DNA of 64,000 bases from assembly GCF_006345805.1 (NCBI RefSeq), contig NC_043016.1, positions 11,780,001 through 11,844,000 on the forward strand, written 5' to 3'. This DNA comes from Octopus sinensis (taxonomy: Eukaryota). Position numbers and translations under genes: made by a program. The first letter of the stretch is position 1. The number at the start of each line of letters is the position of its first letter. Below are positions 39,015 to 51,794 of this stretch, piece after piece. The notes under the pieces were generated by a model. That model made no database searches. It saw only the letters and a list, made by a program, of their open reading frames with translations, and had not been told where the DNA came from.

Positions 39015-39418
39015 ATACCAACATGATTGCCAGCCTCGCCTGGCCCCCGTGCCGGTGGCACGTAAAAAGCACCATCCGTTCATGGCCGTTGCCAGCCTCG
39101 CCTGGCCTCTGTGCCGGTGGCACGTAAAAAGCACCATCCGTTCGTGGCCGTTGCCAGCCTCGCCTCGCCTCTGTGCCGGTGGCACATAAAAAGCACCATC
39201 CGATCGTAGCCGTTTGCCAGACTCGTCTGGCACCTGTGCCGGTGGGACGTAAAAAGCACCCACTATACTCTCAGAGTGGTTGGCGTTAGGAAGAGCATCC
39301 AGCCGTAGAAACATTGCCAGATCAAACTGGGCCTGGTACAGCCTTCTGGCTTCACAGACCCCAGTTGAACCGTCCAACCCATGCTAGCATGGAAAGCGGA
39401 CGCTAAACGATGATGATA
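39015..39418 (+). mobile_element. RTE-tail element (family C) with about 4 internal 61-bp repeats
   Basis: Repeating gccagcctcgcctggc..gtgccggtggcacgtaaaaagcaccatccg, then the family C core and (GAT)n. Confidence 0.88.
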
Positions 39419-39904
39419 GGAAAATCTCAGACTTCAGAGCCAGACAAAATTCCAAACGTACAGTACAGCTCTACCACAATACCTACAAAATATTCTAAGA
39501 CTATAATTCTAAACAAACACCCAACTGAGATACCATTAAACAGATTCATTACATTCTGGTATACACCCTAAAATAAAATCCTAGTAAGACTTCCTTGACT
39601 ATCACCACATTTAGCCACAAAGAAACAAACATCATATACTGCATCATCCACCATGGGTTACATCTTAGTCATAGATTATTATGTCCTACCAATCCTACAT
39701 AGTTTTTTATTTCCACAATAAATCACAGCAATAAAAAAAAAAGAACAAAGAAAAGGTCTTGCATCGTCACAAGTTGCAAAACTAACCCAACCTACTGACT
39801 TCCTACACAGTGAAAGAAATATATTCAGAAAGCTCAACCCGACTTACAAGGAAGGCGAGTTTTGTTGCCATAGAAAACTCCAGTTCAGTACTGTCGTGTG
39901 TTTA

Positions 39905-40092
39905 GCCTTTCAAAAGTATTCAGGTTACTCTGTCAAACATAAGGCTTATTCACATTCACATGTTTTGAGTTAATCATGCATCACCGCATAGCATCGAGGC
40001 TTCAATGATTCGGTTGCTGCATCGTTTTAGACCGACATCATAGGATAGGTGTGAGAGGACAGATCTGGCCAGTTTAAATGCTAAAGGATTAA
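39905..40092. mobile_element. piggyBac-like MITE, reverse orientation, diverged
   Basis: Ends in aatgctaaaggattaa. The body is the reverse complement of 6371-6592. Confidence 0.65.
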
Positions 40093-40379
40093 TTCTGTTA
40101 GCACACCAGTAGCAAATAGTCAGTTATCCGCAAATGTTTGTAAGTGATCGTGTCATTTAAAAAGGTTAATTTAAGATACAAAAGTCTAATACCACTGACA
40201 CATGTTTGCGGTGAATACAGTTTTTCTTTTTTTCTGTACACACCTTTATAGTTGAAAGTGACATCATAGGAGAGGATAACTATTTTTAGCTATGACAGGT
40301 GGATGTGGGGAGGGGGAAGATGGTGCACATAATATTCACAATTGCATTATACTCGAGTACATGGAGTACTCTCTCTCTC

Positions 40380-41330
40380 TCTCTCTCTTTTACTTGTTTC
40401 AGTCATTTGACTGCAGCCATGCTGGAGCACTGCCTTTAGTCGAGCAAATCGACCTCGGGATTTATTCTTTGTAAGCCCAGTACTTATTCTATCGGTCTCT
40501 TTTGCCGAACCACTAAGTTACGGGGACATAAACACACCAGCATCGGTTGTCAAGCAATGCTAGGGGGACAAACACAGACACACACACATATATATATGAC
40601 AGGCTTCTTTCAGTTTGTCTACCAAATCCACTCACAAGGCACTGCCCAAGATGCCACGCAGTGGGACTGAACCCGGAACCATGTGGTTGGTAAGCAAACT
40701 ACTTATCACACAGTCACTCCTGCGCCTATAAGATTTTACTTGTTTCAGTCACTGGACCTTGCCCATGCTGGGGCACCACCCCGAACAAAAATAAGCACTG
40801 GGGTTGAACAAATGAATTACGGTAATTGTTTTTTTTTTTTTAAAGCCTGGTACTTATTCCATCACTCTCTTTCTGCCAAACTGCTAAGTTACGGGAACAT
40901 AAACAAACCAACAGTTGTCAAGTGGCAGTGGAGAGGAAAACACAAACACAGACACACACATGTTAGACATCTTTCAGTTTCCATCTCCCAGATCCACACA
41001 CAAGGCTTTAGTTGGCCTGAGGTTATAAAAGAAACTTGTCCAAGGTCCCACACTAGGTGGTTGGGAAGCAGCATGCCTATTTTTAGCTATAACAGATGGG
41101 TGAGGAAGAAGGTGCTCATAACATTCACGATTGTTTTAAGTTGATGTAGTATTTTTATTCCTTTATTCTTTTACTTGTTTCAGTCATTTGACAGCAGCCA
41201 TGCTGGAGCACTGCCTTTAGTCAAACGAATCGATCCCAGGACTTATTCTTTGTAAGCCAAGTACATATTCTATCGGTCACTTTTGCCGAACTGCTAAGAT
41301 ACAGGGACGTAAACACAAACATATATATAT
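40380..41330 (-). mobile_element. Three consecutive SINE family A copies (one near complete, two partial or diverged)
   Basis: The tail motif ttttacttgtttcagtca recurs at about 40390, 40737 and 41170. Confidence 0.82.
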
Positions 41331-41339
41331 ATATATATC

Positions 41340-42060
41340 AACATCATCATTTAACGTCCACTTTCCATGCTGGCATGGGTTGGACGGTTTGACTGAGGAC
41401 TGGTGAGCCAGAGGCTGCACCAGGCTCAATCTGATCTGGCAGAGTTTCTACAGCTGGATACCCTTCCTAATGCCAACCACTCTGAGACTGTAGCAGGTGC
41501 TTTTGCATGCCACTAGCACGAGGGCCAGTCAGGTGGTTCTAGCAACGACCACACTCAAAAGGTGTTTTTACGTGCTACCTGCACGGGAGCCAGTCCGGTA
41601 ACGACCACACTCAAATGTTTTTCATGTGCCACCAGCACATGCCGGTAAGGTGATGCTGACATCAGGCGAGCTAGCAGAAACGTTAGCACGTCGGGCGAAA
41701 TGGTTAGCAGTATTTCATCTGGCGTTACGTTGTGAGTTCAAATTCCGCCGAGGTCGACTTTACCTTTCATCCTTTCGGGGTCGATAAATTAAGTACCAAT
41801 TACGCACTGGGGTCGATGTAATTGACTTAATACCTATGTCTGTCCTTGTTTGTCCCCTCTGTATTTATCCCCTTGTGGGTAACAACCATGCTTGAATGGT
41901 GCTTTTCACGAGTCACCAGCATGGGAGCCAATCCGTGGCCCTGGCAACAATCATGCTCGGATGTGCTTTTAACATTCCACTGGCATAATTACCAATCAGG
42001 CGGTACTGTAATTGACCACGTCAGCAATTTTTGTTTTGTTTACACTTGACTCAATAGGTC
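41340..42060 (-). mobile_element. Family C element with a nested plus-strand SINE B (about 41662-41885)
   Basis: Family C core and tail on the minus strand, split by a complete B copy. Confidence 0.78.
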
Positions 42061-42094
42061 TTCGCAATGAAGGGTACTCATAAGTGGGCTGGTT

Positions 42095-42785
42095 ACACCC
42101 CACGTTCGGATGCGCTATCAGATGTGGTGTGCAAGAGAGATGACTGCACTGGTATTGCCATGTGTTGCAAACGAACGAGGACAGCTGTGTGAAAAAGTGT
42201 CACAGCTTAGCAGTTGAGGGAACCTGTGGAAGAGGTAGACCCAGGAAAACCTGGGATGAGGTGATGAAGCACAACCTTTGAACATTGGGCCTTACCAAGG
42301 CAATGACTAGTGACCGAGATCTTTGGAGATATATTGTGCTTGAGAAGACCTGACAAGACAGGTGAGACCACAGCCCATGGCCTATGCCAGTGGGTGTAAC
42401 CAGCCCACTTATGGATACCCCTCATTCACTGGACAATAAACTTTGCTTGTGAAGACGTATTGAGGCAAGTGAAATCAAAATAGCTGACGTGGCTGAGCAC
42501 AGTACTGCTTGACTGGCACTCGTACCAACACTGAACGGGCTTCTTTCAGTTTCTTCCTACCATCCGACCGTGGCCGATGCCAGCCTCACCTGGCACCAGT
42601 GCAGGTGACACATAAAAAGCACCCACTACACTCACGGAGTGGTTGGCGTTAGGAAGGGCATCCAGCTGTAGAAACATTGCCAGATAAGACCGGAGCTTGG
42701 TGCAGCCTTCTGGCTTCCCAGATCCCCGGTCGAACCGTCCAACCCATGCTAGCATGGAGAACGGACGTTAAACGATGATGATGAA
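42095..42785 (+). mobile_element. RTE LINE 3' fragment plus family C module
   Basis: GTCGRGRPRKTWDEV and a 3'UTR shared with 12970-13260, then a family C core and (GAT)n after a short SINE A fragment. Confidence 0.8.
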
Positions 42786-43331
42786 ATCCACTTATAAGGC
42801 TTTGGTCGGTGTGAGACTATAGCCAAAGACACTTGCCCAAGGCGCTATGCAGTGGGACTGAACCTGGCACCAAGTGGTTTGGAAGCAAGCTTCTTACCAC
42901 ACAGCCATTTTATTCTATTACTTAGTCATGGGGAAGAGGTCATGCTCGTGACCTTCATTAGTTCTTCACCTTCGTTAGTTCTTCTGAAATTGTCATAGCT
43001 GACAGTTCCATTTAAACATCTGCTGACAGAAACTGGGTTGTGACAACACAAACCACTGTTTGGCTGACTACATAAATAGGATTGTTCATCAAATATTTGT
43101 AACTTTAGAGGTGTAGGGCATGGCTGTCTTGTTTAAAAAAAAACTTGGTTTGCAGCTATATATATATATAGCTTCAGGTTCGGCCCCACTGCACAATAGC
43201 CCTGGGTTCACTTAAAAGTGAATCAGACGAAAACTGCATGAAAGTATCATGCGCATAGCCAGCTCTATGTCAAACTGTCCAACCTATGCTAGCGTGGAAA
43301 GCGGATGTTAAACGATGATGATGATGATGAT

Positions 43332-43364
<33 letters not shown>

Positions 43365-43640
43365 CTCTTTTCCTTGTTTCAGTCATTTGACTGTGGCTAT
43401 GCTGGAGCACCGCCTTTAATCGAGCAACTCGACCCCAGGACTTATTCTTTGTAAGCCTAGTACTTATTCTATCAGTCTCCTTTGCCGAACCGCTAAGTGA
43501 CGGGGACATAAACACACCAGCATCGATTGTCAATCGATGTTGGATGGGACAAACACAGACACACAAACATACACACACACATATATATATATATACGATG
43601 GGCTTCTTTCAGTTTCCGCCTACCAAATCCACTCACAAGA
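43365..43640 (-). mobile_element. SINE family A (head truncated)
   Basis: Family tail and core. Confidence 0.85.
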
Positions 43641-43836
43641 TTTTATAGTTTGCTTGAAGCATTGTATATGGAATATAACGTTGAAAGATGTAAAAGGCCA
43701 AAAAATGCAAATAGATTTTAAGATGAGGTAACATAAACTAAAAGTAAGTTACCTGGTAATCTTTGGTCTTATGTGTATCCAATATTTCAGGACATACAAG
43801 TTCCTTCTTCAGGGTTAAAAAGGAGCTGTCCTTAGT

Positions 43837-43873
<37 letters not shown>

Positions 43874-43874
43874 C

Positions 43875-44072
43875 CTGTGCAGGTGGCACGTAAAAAACAC
43901 CCACTACACTCGCGGAGTGGTTGGCGTTAGGAAGGGCATCCAGCCGTAGAAACACTGCCAGATCTGACTGGGCCTGACGAAGCCTTCCAGCTTCACAGAC
44001 CCCAGTTGACCCGTCCAACCCATGCTAGCATGGAAAGCGGACGCTAAATGATGATGATGATGATGATGATGA
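43875..44072 (+). mobile_element. RTE-tail element (family C)
   Basis: Near-consensus core with a long (GAT)n tail. Confidence 0.88.
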
Positions 44073-44829
44073 TATACATACATACATACAAACACACATG
44101 AGTGTGTCTTTTTACTATTTGGCAGCTAGTGTTGGCTTGTTTATATCCTAGTAACATAGAACTTTGGCAAAAGGGCCCAATAGACTTAGTGCCATACTTT
44201 ACTGGGTCGATCTGCTCGACAAAACCTCTGTAGGCAATGCTCCCACCACCACCACCAACCTGATTGACTCTTAATGACCAAAAACAAGTAAAAGATAAAA
44301 AGGAATTTGTTATAACATAAGAATCTGTTTCTTTCGGTCACCACACACACTAAACCTAACACTACCATAAATCAAACAGTTTTCCAACTGCTATAAATCT
44401 ACCAATGTCCATAAAGCATTAAACTAGGCTTAGTCTGATCCAGACTTGTTAATTAAATATTATCAGTGGTCATCATCATCATTTTAATATTCACTTTTCC
44501 ATGCTTGCATGGGTCAGACGATTTATAAAGTACCAGTTTCGCACTGGAGTCGATGTAATCGACTTGATCCCTTTGTCTGTCCTTGTTTGTCCCCTCTATG
44601 TTTAGCCCCTTGTGGGTAGTAAAGAAATAAATAAAATATCTCCCTCACCCCTTGACCAGACAGGTTTTCACAGAAGATTGGAAACTATGAAGGATACTGC
44701 CTGCATAACAACGGTGATGACACTCATTTGCATCTATCGCACTAAGTCAGGAAAAGGAGACAGTAACACACACACACAGTCATCAACACATTAACACCGA
44801 CTTTTCTAAGCTTGCATAGGGTCGGAAAA

Positions 44830-45062
44830 GGCGGTGATCTGGCAGAAATGTTAGCACACCGGGCGACATGCTTAGTGGTATTTCGTCTGCTGCTACATTC
44901 TGAGTTCAAATTCCGCCAAGGTCGACTTTGCCTTTCATCCTTTTGGGGTCGATTAAATAAGTACCAGTTACGCACTGGGGTCGATATAATCGACTCAATC
45001 CCTTTGTCTGTCCTTGTTTGTCCCCTCTGTGTTTAGCCCCTTGTGGGTTATAAAGAAATAAG
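44830..45062 (+). mobile_element. SINE family B
   Basis: Complete head-core-tail. Confidence 0.88.
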
Positions 45063-45354
45063 AAAGAATTCGTTGAGGTAGATTTTCTATCACCAACCCT
45101 TACCTGTGTCCAAGTGAGGCAATATTTCCCCATGAATAGGCAGGTTCTTCTGGAAGATCAGAAATGAAGACTAACACTGCTTGAATGACTGTAACACTCT
45201 ACATTGACCATGTGATTATTAGACTGAGATGGGAACACCCCACCCTCGATGTGCTGATCCCTGGATGTGCAACATCAACAACTTAACCCCTGTTCTGGCT
45301 CAAAGTTTGATAATGAAGTTCAGGTATTTGGCAGAGAACTGAAGACTACATTCT

Positions 45355-45730
45355 ATAGGTGCAGGCATGGCTGTGTGGCCAAAAGGTTTCTTGCCAACCA
45401 CATGGTTCTCGGTTCAGACTCACTGTGTGACACTAAGGGCAAGTGTCTTCTACTATAGCCTCAGGCCAACCAAAGCCTTGTGAATGGATTTGGTAGATGG
45501 AAACTGAAAGAAGCCCAGTGTGTGTATGTGTGTGTCTGTCTCCGCACCACCACTGGACAACCAGTGTTGATGTGTTTATGATCCTCTAACTTAGCAGTTT
45601 GGCAAAAGGGACCAACAGAATGAGCACTAGGCTTAAAGTAAGTCTTGGAGTTGATATGTTTGACTAAAACCCTTCAAGACGGTGCCCCAGCATGGCCACA
45701 GTCAAATGACTGAAACAAGTATAAAGAAAA
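45355..45730 (+). mobile_element. SINE family A (diverged)
   Basis: Head ggtgcaggcatggctgtgtgg and tail cagtcaaatgactgaaacaag. Confidence 0.82.
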
Positions 45731-46829
45731 GCAAAATTGAATTGAACTCTAAAATATGACAAAATAACATCATGGAGTAACAAGATTATCAAGCCAGTAA
45801 CATACCAGACCCTTGTTAATTAATTCACAGCCATACTTCAAATAACAATAAGTAATAACAGTAATCACTGATGATAACGTTGATAACACAACAACAACAA
45901 ATGATAACAACATGGTAATCCCACTGAGAAATTATTTAGTTTGCCAAAAAAAAAAAAAAAAAAGCATAATGGGGGGGGGGGGAGGGTTAAATGATAATGT
46001 TTACAATTCTACAAAAAAAAAAAGAAGTTTTTTGTCCATCCCTTTTTGGCTGTCTGGCAAAATTTTCCAGATTAGTGCTTTAAACATCTACACTTCAGAG
46101 AAATATATATAAATTTCAACCCCTACACTACATTTTCGTCCCCATCCCACAGATTCATAATTTGTTTTTGAAATTTATTTCTTAAATCAGAAATTTTGAC
46201 ATTATTTCAGAAAAAGTCGGAAATTTTTAACAAGTAAATTAGCAAGTTAGAAAATTTTTGTAAGAGATGAGAGCCGTAACTATACTGAAAGCAATGTCTA
46301 TTGCTACTAAAACATAGATGTTTTATAGGAACCAATGTTACTACAATTTTTAACCCCAGGAGAATGCCTCCTCCAGCTGGTAGAAATAGCAGTAGTTCAC
46401 TCCGGCTCACAATATGTAAAAATCAAGTGACAACCAGTCACTGGTCTTGCAATAAGCAAATTAGCTCGTTAGACAACCTTCGTAAGAGATGAGAGCAGTA
46501 ATTATACCGAGAAATAATGTTTATCCCCACTTAAACATGGCTGTTCCATAGGAACCGACATTACTGCTGTTTATAACCCCAGCTGGTTATTCTATGTAAC
46601 CTGCACCCACTTTGAAATATTTTTCAGATTAACACTGGTTTGGTTGTGTGGTTAAGAAGTTTGCTTCTCAACCATGAAGCTTCAGGTTCAGTCCCCACTG
46701 TGTGTGGCATCTTGGGCAAGTGTTTACTACCTAAGCCCTGGGTTGTGAGTGTATCTGATACACAGAAACTGAAAAAGGCCCAGTGCATGTGAGAGAGAGA
46801 GAGAATGTGTATATAGGTAAATGTGTATA

Positions 46830-47062
46830 AGGCGGCGAGCTGGCAGATACGTTAGCACACCGGGCAGAATGCATAGCGGTATTTCGTCTGTCGTTACGTT
46901 CTGAGTTCAAATTCCGCCGAGGTCAACTTTGCCTTTCATCCTTTCGGGGTCGATAAATAAAAGTACCAGTTTCGCACTGGGGTCGATGTAATCGACTTAA
47001 TCCCTTTGTCTGTGCTTGTTTGTCCTCTCTATGTTTAGCCCCTTGTGGGCAATAAAGAAATA
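46830..47062 (+). mobile_element. SINE family B (young copy)
   Basis: Near-consensus. It is the reverse complement of 53305-53510 and 55065-55292. Confidence 0.9.
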
Positions 47063-47387
47063 TATATAGGTAAGTTTGCACTTCCGTCATCTCTACATAT
47101 TCATTCATTGATTGTAAACAACCAGTTTTGAAATTAATATCATTTGCTTGCAGTCAACTATGAAAGTATGTTCTGAGCTGCTTGACATGCAGTGAAATCT
47201 TGGTAAACAAAAGGCTAGTCAGCAGAGTGTCATTTGTTTTCACTTTGTTGCCATAAAACATGTCTGAGTTGTTAAGTTTAATAGATTGAGAGTTTAATAC
47301 ACTGGGCTTATAGAAAACTTGACCCCATGTAAACAAGGAAAAACAGGTGTTAAAATTATTATGATGATTCACATTTTTTTTTTCAAG

Positions 47388-47592
47388 GCTTTAGCATTTA
47401 AACCAGCCATGACTGTTTTATGTTAAAACTGACCATATCTGGCCTCTCTCACTTACTCTACAATGTCATTCTACAAATAAACAATCACATCATCGAAATC
47501 TCAAAGCTATGAGATAATGTATAATTATTTTAAAACATTGTGAGTAAATAAATAATTACATTTGACAGAGTAACCTGTCTGCTAAAGGATTA
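47388..47592. mobile_element. piggyBac-like MITE
   Basis: ctttagcatttaaaccagcc ... gctaaaggattaa. Confidence 0.75.
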
Positions 47593-48309
47593 AACATCAG
47601 AAATTACAATTATGCAAAAAACAAAATTTTCCCAAATCCATTTCAAAAAACATTTTGTTTACAAAAGAAATTTTGGAATAAACAGGCATATTTAACCAAA
47701 CATAATGAAATAATTACACATTATCTCATAGCTCTAAGATTTTGATGATGTGATTATTTGTAGAATTACATTGTAGGGTAGGTATGAGATGTCAGATATG
47801 GCTGGAGACAAAAGATAGAAAAAAAAAGGGGAAAGTTGGACAACCATAAAAGTGATAAAGAAAAATATAACATGGAAAGTGAAATAAATATATAAATAAA
47901 TACACCCAAGTGATAGAGAATGAGAGAGAGAGAGAGAGAGAGAGAGACAAGAAAGAATAGGGAGAAAGAGAGCAAATGAGTGGGAGGGAAATTATAAAAA
48001 AGGGGACTCAGTTAATTGTGAGACAGTAACATATTGAATGAAACCAAAGCTATTAGAAAATGAATGCAACCACAAATGTATACTTAAATATGAGTAAGAT
48101 CATGGCTGTGTGTATGATAGGTGTCCAAAGTTCACTTCGTATATTTCAAAAGATTAATTAAAATACATACCTTTTCTAGGTACAAAAGTATGCATTCATA
48201 CAGACGCATAGCAAGATGCCGGTGCATGCACACACACACACACACACACAAATCAATATACACACATACATGGACTTAAATATTGAGGTAGTAAGGTAGA
48301 TAAACACAA

Positions 48310-48627
48310 TTGGGTTAGTTAGTTAATTAGTTAGTTAATTTTTTGGCTCAAAAAGCAAAAAGCAAAAGGCCATGTAGGGGGACATGGAGTATGTACAGGG
48401 AGGGTGTTCATGTAAAGAGTTCAGGCCACTTGAGGTCAAGGGAGACTTTGAACAAAGCGGTCGTCGGCATCTTCACCATCCCGTCTGGCAGCTTATTCCA
48501 CGGATCCGCAACCCGGACGGAGAAAGCCCCTCTCCTTCGATTGAGATGAAATCGTCGCAGATAGAGCTTTTCGGAGTGACCCCGCAGCCGACGCTCTGGA
48601 GCAGGAGTGAAGAACAGCTCTTTGAGA
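48310..48627 (-). mobile_element. CR1-type LINE 3' fragment, inverted relative to 38210-38580
   Basis: KELFFTPAPERRLRGHSEKLYLRRFHLNRRRGAFSVRVADPWNKLPDG and a (CTAA)n tail. Confidence 0.88.
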
Positions 48628-48890
48628 CACACCATACAGATTATGTAACGTTTTATCTCAACAGCCGTTTCCGTAAGTGCATGAAAGGTGTTCAACAAGA
48701 GACAAGTCCAGATGGAAGTAAATTGTACTTTCCTTTTCAACAGTGGTAAATGTGAGTTGTCTAGTAGTGTTTGCAAAATATAAGGATTGGAAGAAGTGGG
48801 TGGAAAAAGGGAAAGAGAAGGGGGTGGTTAAGTGATGAGATGAGACGACGATACCGCCTGACAAAGACCATGTATAAAAAAAGATGAAGT

Positions 48891-49414
48891 TGTAGTGACG
48901 TCATTTTCCAGTGTGCGCACACGCAACATCATTCTTCAGTGTACGTGTGCGGAACGTCATTCTTCGGTGTGCGTGTGCGGGGCTGGAACCTTCTGGAAAG
49001 GCATAAGGAAGTTCCCTCATGCACATGCGCTAGAGACTGGGGAAGAAAATTCTATCGCGTTCCTTGTTAGCGTCGTTGACTTGAGACACGGCTATTGAAG
49101 GGAAAGGACGTATTTTCAAACGTGTGATCAGCCTATTCTCCTGTCCCAGACGCTTAGGATTTGACCTGCTCTGTTGCTGCTGAATTTGTTGTAAGAATCT
49201 TACAAACGTTAGAATTCAGCCTTGCTGTGTTGAACCAAGTGGATACCAATATACCAACGTGCTTTATTTGTGAATAAGAGAATAAAGAATCATATATATA
49301 TTTAAAGTTGCGTTTTGTTCCTGACTGGTAGTTTCTAGAAACAAAAAGAAAGGCAATTGTGTTGCACCCAAGTTGCACCCAAAAAGTGTAAAGAAGCAAC
49401 CAGTTCCCTTTACA
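48891..49414 (+). mobile_element. Probable solo LTR (524 bp)
   Basis: TGTA...TACA termini, a 4-bp direct repeat AAGT on both sides (48887-48890, 49415-49418), CpG-rich with a 3x28-bp tandem near the 5' end, and AATAAA at 49281. Confidence 0.62.
48895..48978. promoter_or_regulatory. 3x28-bp tandem with CRE/ATF-like sites
   Basis: Perfect TGACGTCA at 48896-48903. Variants aacatcat and aacgtcat sit at the same position in units 2 and 3. Confidence 0.5.
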
Positions 49415-49984
49415 AAGTTAATAGCTGACAGAAGGAATAGTGTTGTCAATTAACCTAGTGGAGTAAGGAGGATCAAAGTAGTTGTTCTCAGACAATAAAG
49501 CAGTTCATATCAGAGGCAAAAACCACATAGATGTGGGGGGAAATTAAACAGTAGGAGGAAACAAATATGGTAAGAAAAAAGAATGAGGAGAAAATATGAT
49601 TTTACATAAAGAGCAAAGGTGATATAGAATTTATGTTTGCAAGAAATAAACATCAGAGAATCAATTAAGGGGTCTTATTTTGGTGAGACTCTAACCTGGT
49701 GGGAACACGAAGTTTGTGACTAGACATCTATATGCAATGTTATAACGCAAGCAATGCTCCTTTGAAGGGCAGAGTTGGAAGGGTCAACACTTAGGGGCTT
49801 TCCTACTGCTGAGGGACTTGAGCTCAGTCAGTGTTCTAAGTTGGTTGATACAATTGTTTACGCCAGAGGTAAAAGCTGGTATGTACACATTAAAATAATC
49901 TGTACATACTGAGTAGGAAAACCTTTCAAACTTTTAAATGCAAAATGGTTTTTCAACACAATATTTACATGCTGTTATTTGTAG

Positions 49985-50260
49985 CTCATCATCATCATCA
50001 TTTAGCGTGGGTTGGACAGTTCAACTGAGGTCTGTGAAGCCAGAAGGCTGCATCAGGCCCAGTCTGATCTGGCAGTGTTTCTACAGCTGGATGCCCTTCC
50101 TAACGCCAACCACTCCGTGAGTGTAGTGGGTGCTTTTTACGGGCCACCTGCACAGGTGCCAGACGGAGCTGGCAAACGGCCACGGACGGATGGTGCTTTT
50201 TACGTGCCACCGGCACGGGGGCCAGGCGCGGCTGGCAACGGCCACGAACGGATGGTGCTT
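49985..50260 (-). mobile_element. RTE-tail element (family C)
   Basis: Core and internal repeats. It lies about 110 bp downstream of the donor of the 666-nt exon. Confidence 0.88.
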
Positions 50261-50370
50261 TGAAATATTCTATTCTGAAAAAGAATTATTGTTCTCTCAA
50301 AAGTTTACAAAATTTTTACGACATCAAGAAGAAAAATTATAAAAGAAAAAAGCAGAACTTCGTAACTTAC

Positions 50371-51036
50371 CGTGTACACTGGGTACTATGTTTAAAGGAT
50401 CAGATGATGTGGCATGCAAAGGTATGTGGCTTCTAGGAATCTTATTTGTATGTACAGTTTGAAGATGACCTCTGGGATCATCATTATGGATATTTGAATT
50501 GCTCCTAGTAGCACCAACTTTTGCAAAGTTACCAAGCATTTGCATATGAGGATCTGAAGAGCTGCTCTCTAAATTCAATCCAGCAGTTAATTGTTCAGAT
50601 GCTAGTTTATCATTCCAACCATTTAAATGATTGGTGCTTCCAATATTCATGTGTTGCTGTACTGCTGCTGGCGGTGGTGGTGGTGGAAGAATTTCTTCTG
50701 CACCAACTCTGTTTGTATATGTATTAGGTAGAGCTTGGAAATTTTGCCTATTCTGAGAGATACTGTGTGCGAAACGTTCCTCAAGAAAACTCAACCAATC
50801 TCGAAACTGGAACCGTTCGTCACTGGTAATGGCAGGATGTATGAGAGAGAAAGATAGCAATTGACGACTTTCTTCAATGTGCACTCTGTTGTCAATAGAG
50901 TACGACAAAACTTGAGGAATTATTTGTAAGTAAGCCCTTTTTGCATCAGCATTTCCAGATCGAAGTAATGGTAAATGAGAGAGAAGTTGCTTCACAGCCG
51001 TTTCTTTTGATTCAGAACATAACTGGCTGATGTAAT
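50371..51036 (-). CDS. SAMD4/smg: Smaug/SAMD4 coding exon (first visible; 666 nt, phase 1-1), N-terminal Smaug-similarity region
   Basis: Translates YISQLCSESKETAVKQLLSHLPLLRSGNADAKRAYLQIIPQVLSYSIDNRVHIEESRQLLSFSLIHPA, matching the SAMD4 motif LLxHLPLLKPGNxDAK...HIEESRQLLSYALIHPA. Acceptor tttcag at 51037, donor gtaagt at 50370. Confidence 0.95.
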
Positions 51037-51794
51037 CTGAAAAACAGAAAAAACAAAATGGTAAAGAACAAGTTACTGATGAATGGGCTACATGAAGATT
51101 AAAATGGAGTTATTGATAGAACAGACAGGCCAAAAGGGGCCCCATAGAAGAATATCTCAAAAGTTAAGAATATCTTAATGACAGCTAGAGAAATAAGGAT
51201 CAAGATGGCCACAATGAGGTTTCTGGTGACACCCTTAACTGTTTTCTTCCATCCGTACTTCAACCCTTTTGATACCAACTGTCCTTGGTTTTTAGATACA
51301 GACTTCATGTTTTTCAAGTGATACATGCTAAAATCTTCCTGAAATTTCATGTTAATTCATCTCTCAAATACCAGCTTAATAACAACAAAGTTGTTTTATT
51401 AAATTGTGTATTATTTTGAAAGTTTATAACATCAATGGCAATGTATTTCAACAGAAATATGGTAAAAATCATTAATTCTTAATATTTCACAGTTCTTCTT
51501 TTCAAACACTCAACCATACACTCCTAAGCCTATTACATGATCTCCTATCCTTCTGGACTAAAAATCTGTACTAAGAAAAGCTTAATTCAATCACCCAATC
51601 TGATAGCTTTGGATCTCTCACCCTAACTGCAATCCTTTACAATTCATTCACCATTTACTACTCATATTTTCTCCCTATAGGCATTGACCTGAAGAAGTTC
51701 AAACTAAGAACCAATAGCATCAACTAGGAGCTCTTTGGGGGTCATTTGTCTGCTAGAACTAGCAGCAAAATCTGCCTTCAATCACACCCTAATG

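Noticed and set aside
38979-39377. 132-aa repetitive ORF
   Set aside because: It is produced by the internal 61-bp repeats of a family C element. The same text appears at 50012-50263.
48873-48880. TATAAAAA next to the CRE repeats
   Set aside because: It lies outside the inferred LTR boundary and on the wrong side of the CRE units for a plus-strand promoter. Such motifs are common in AT-rich DNA.
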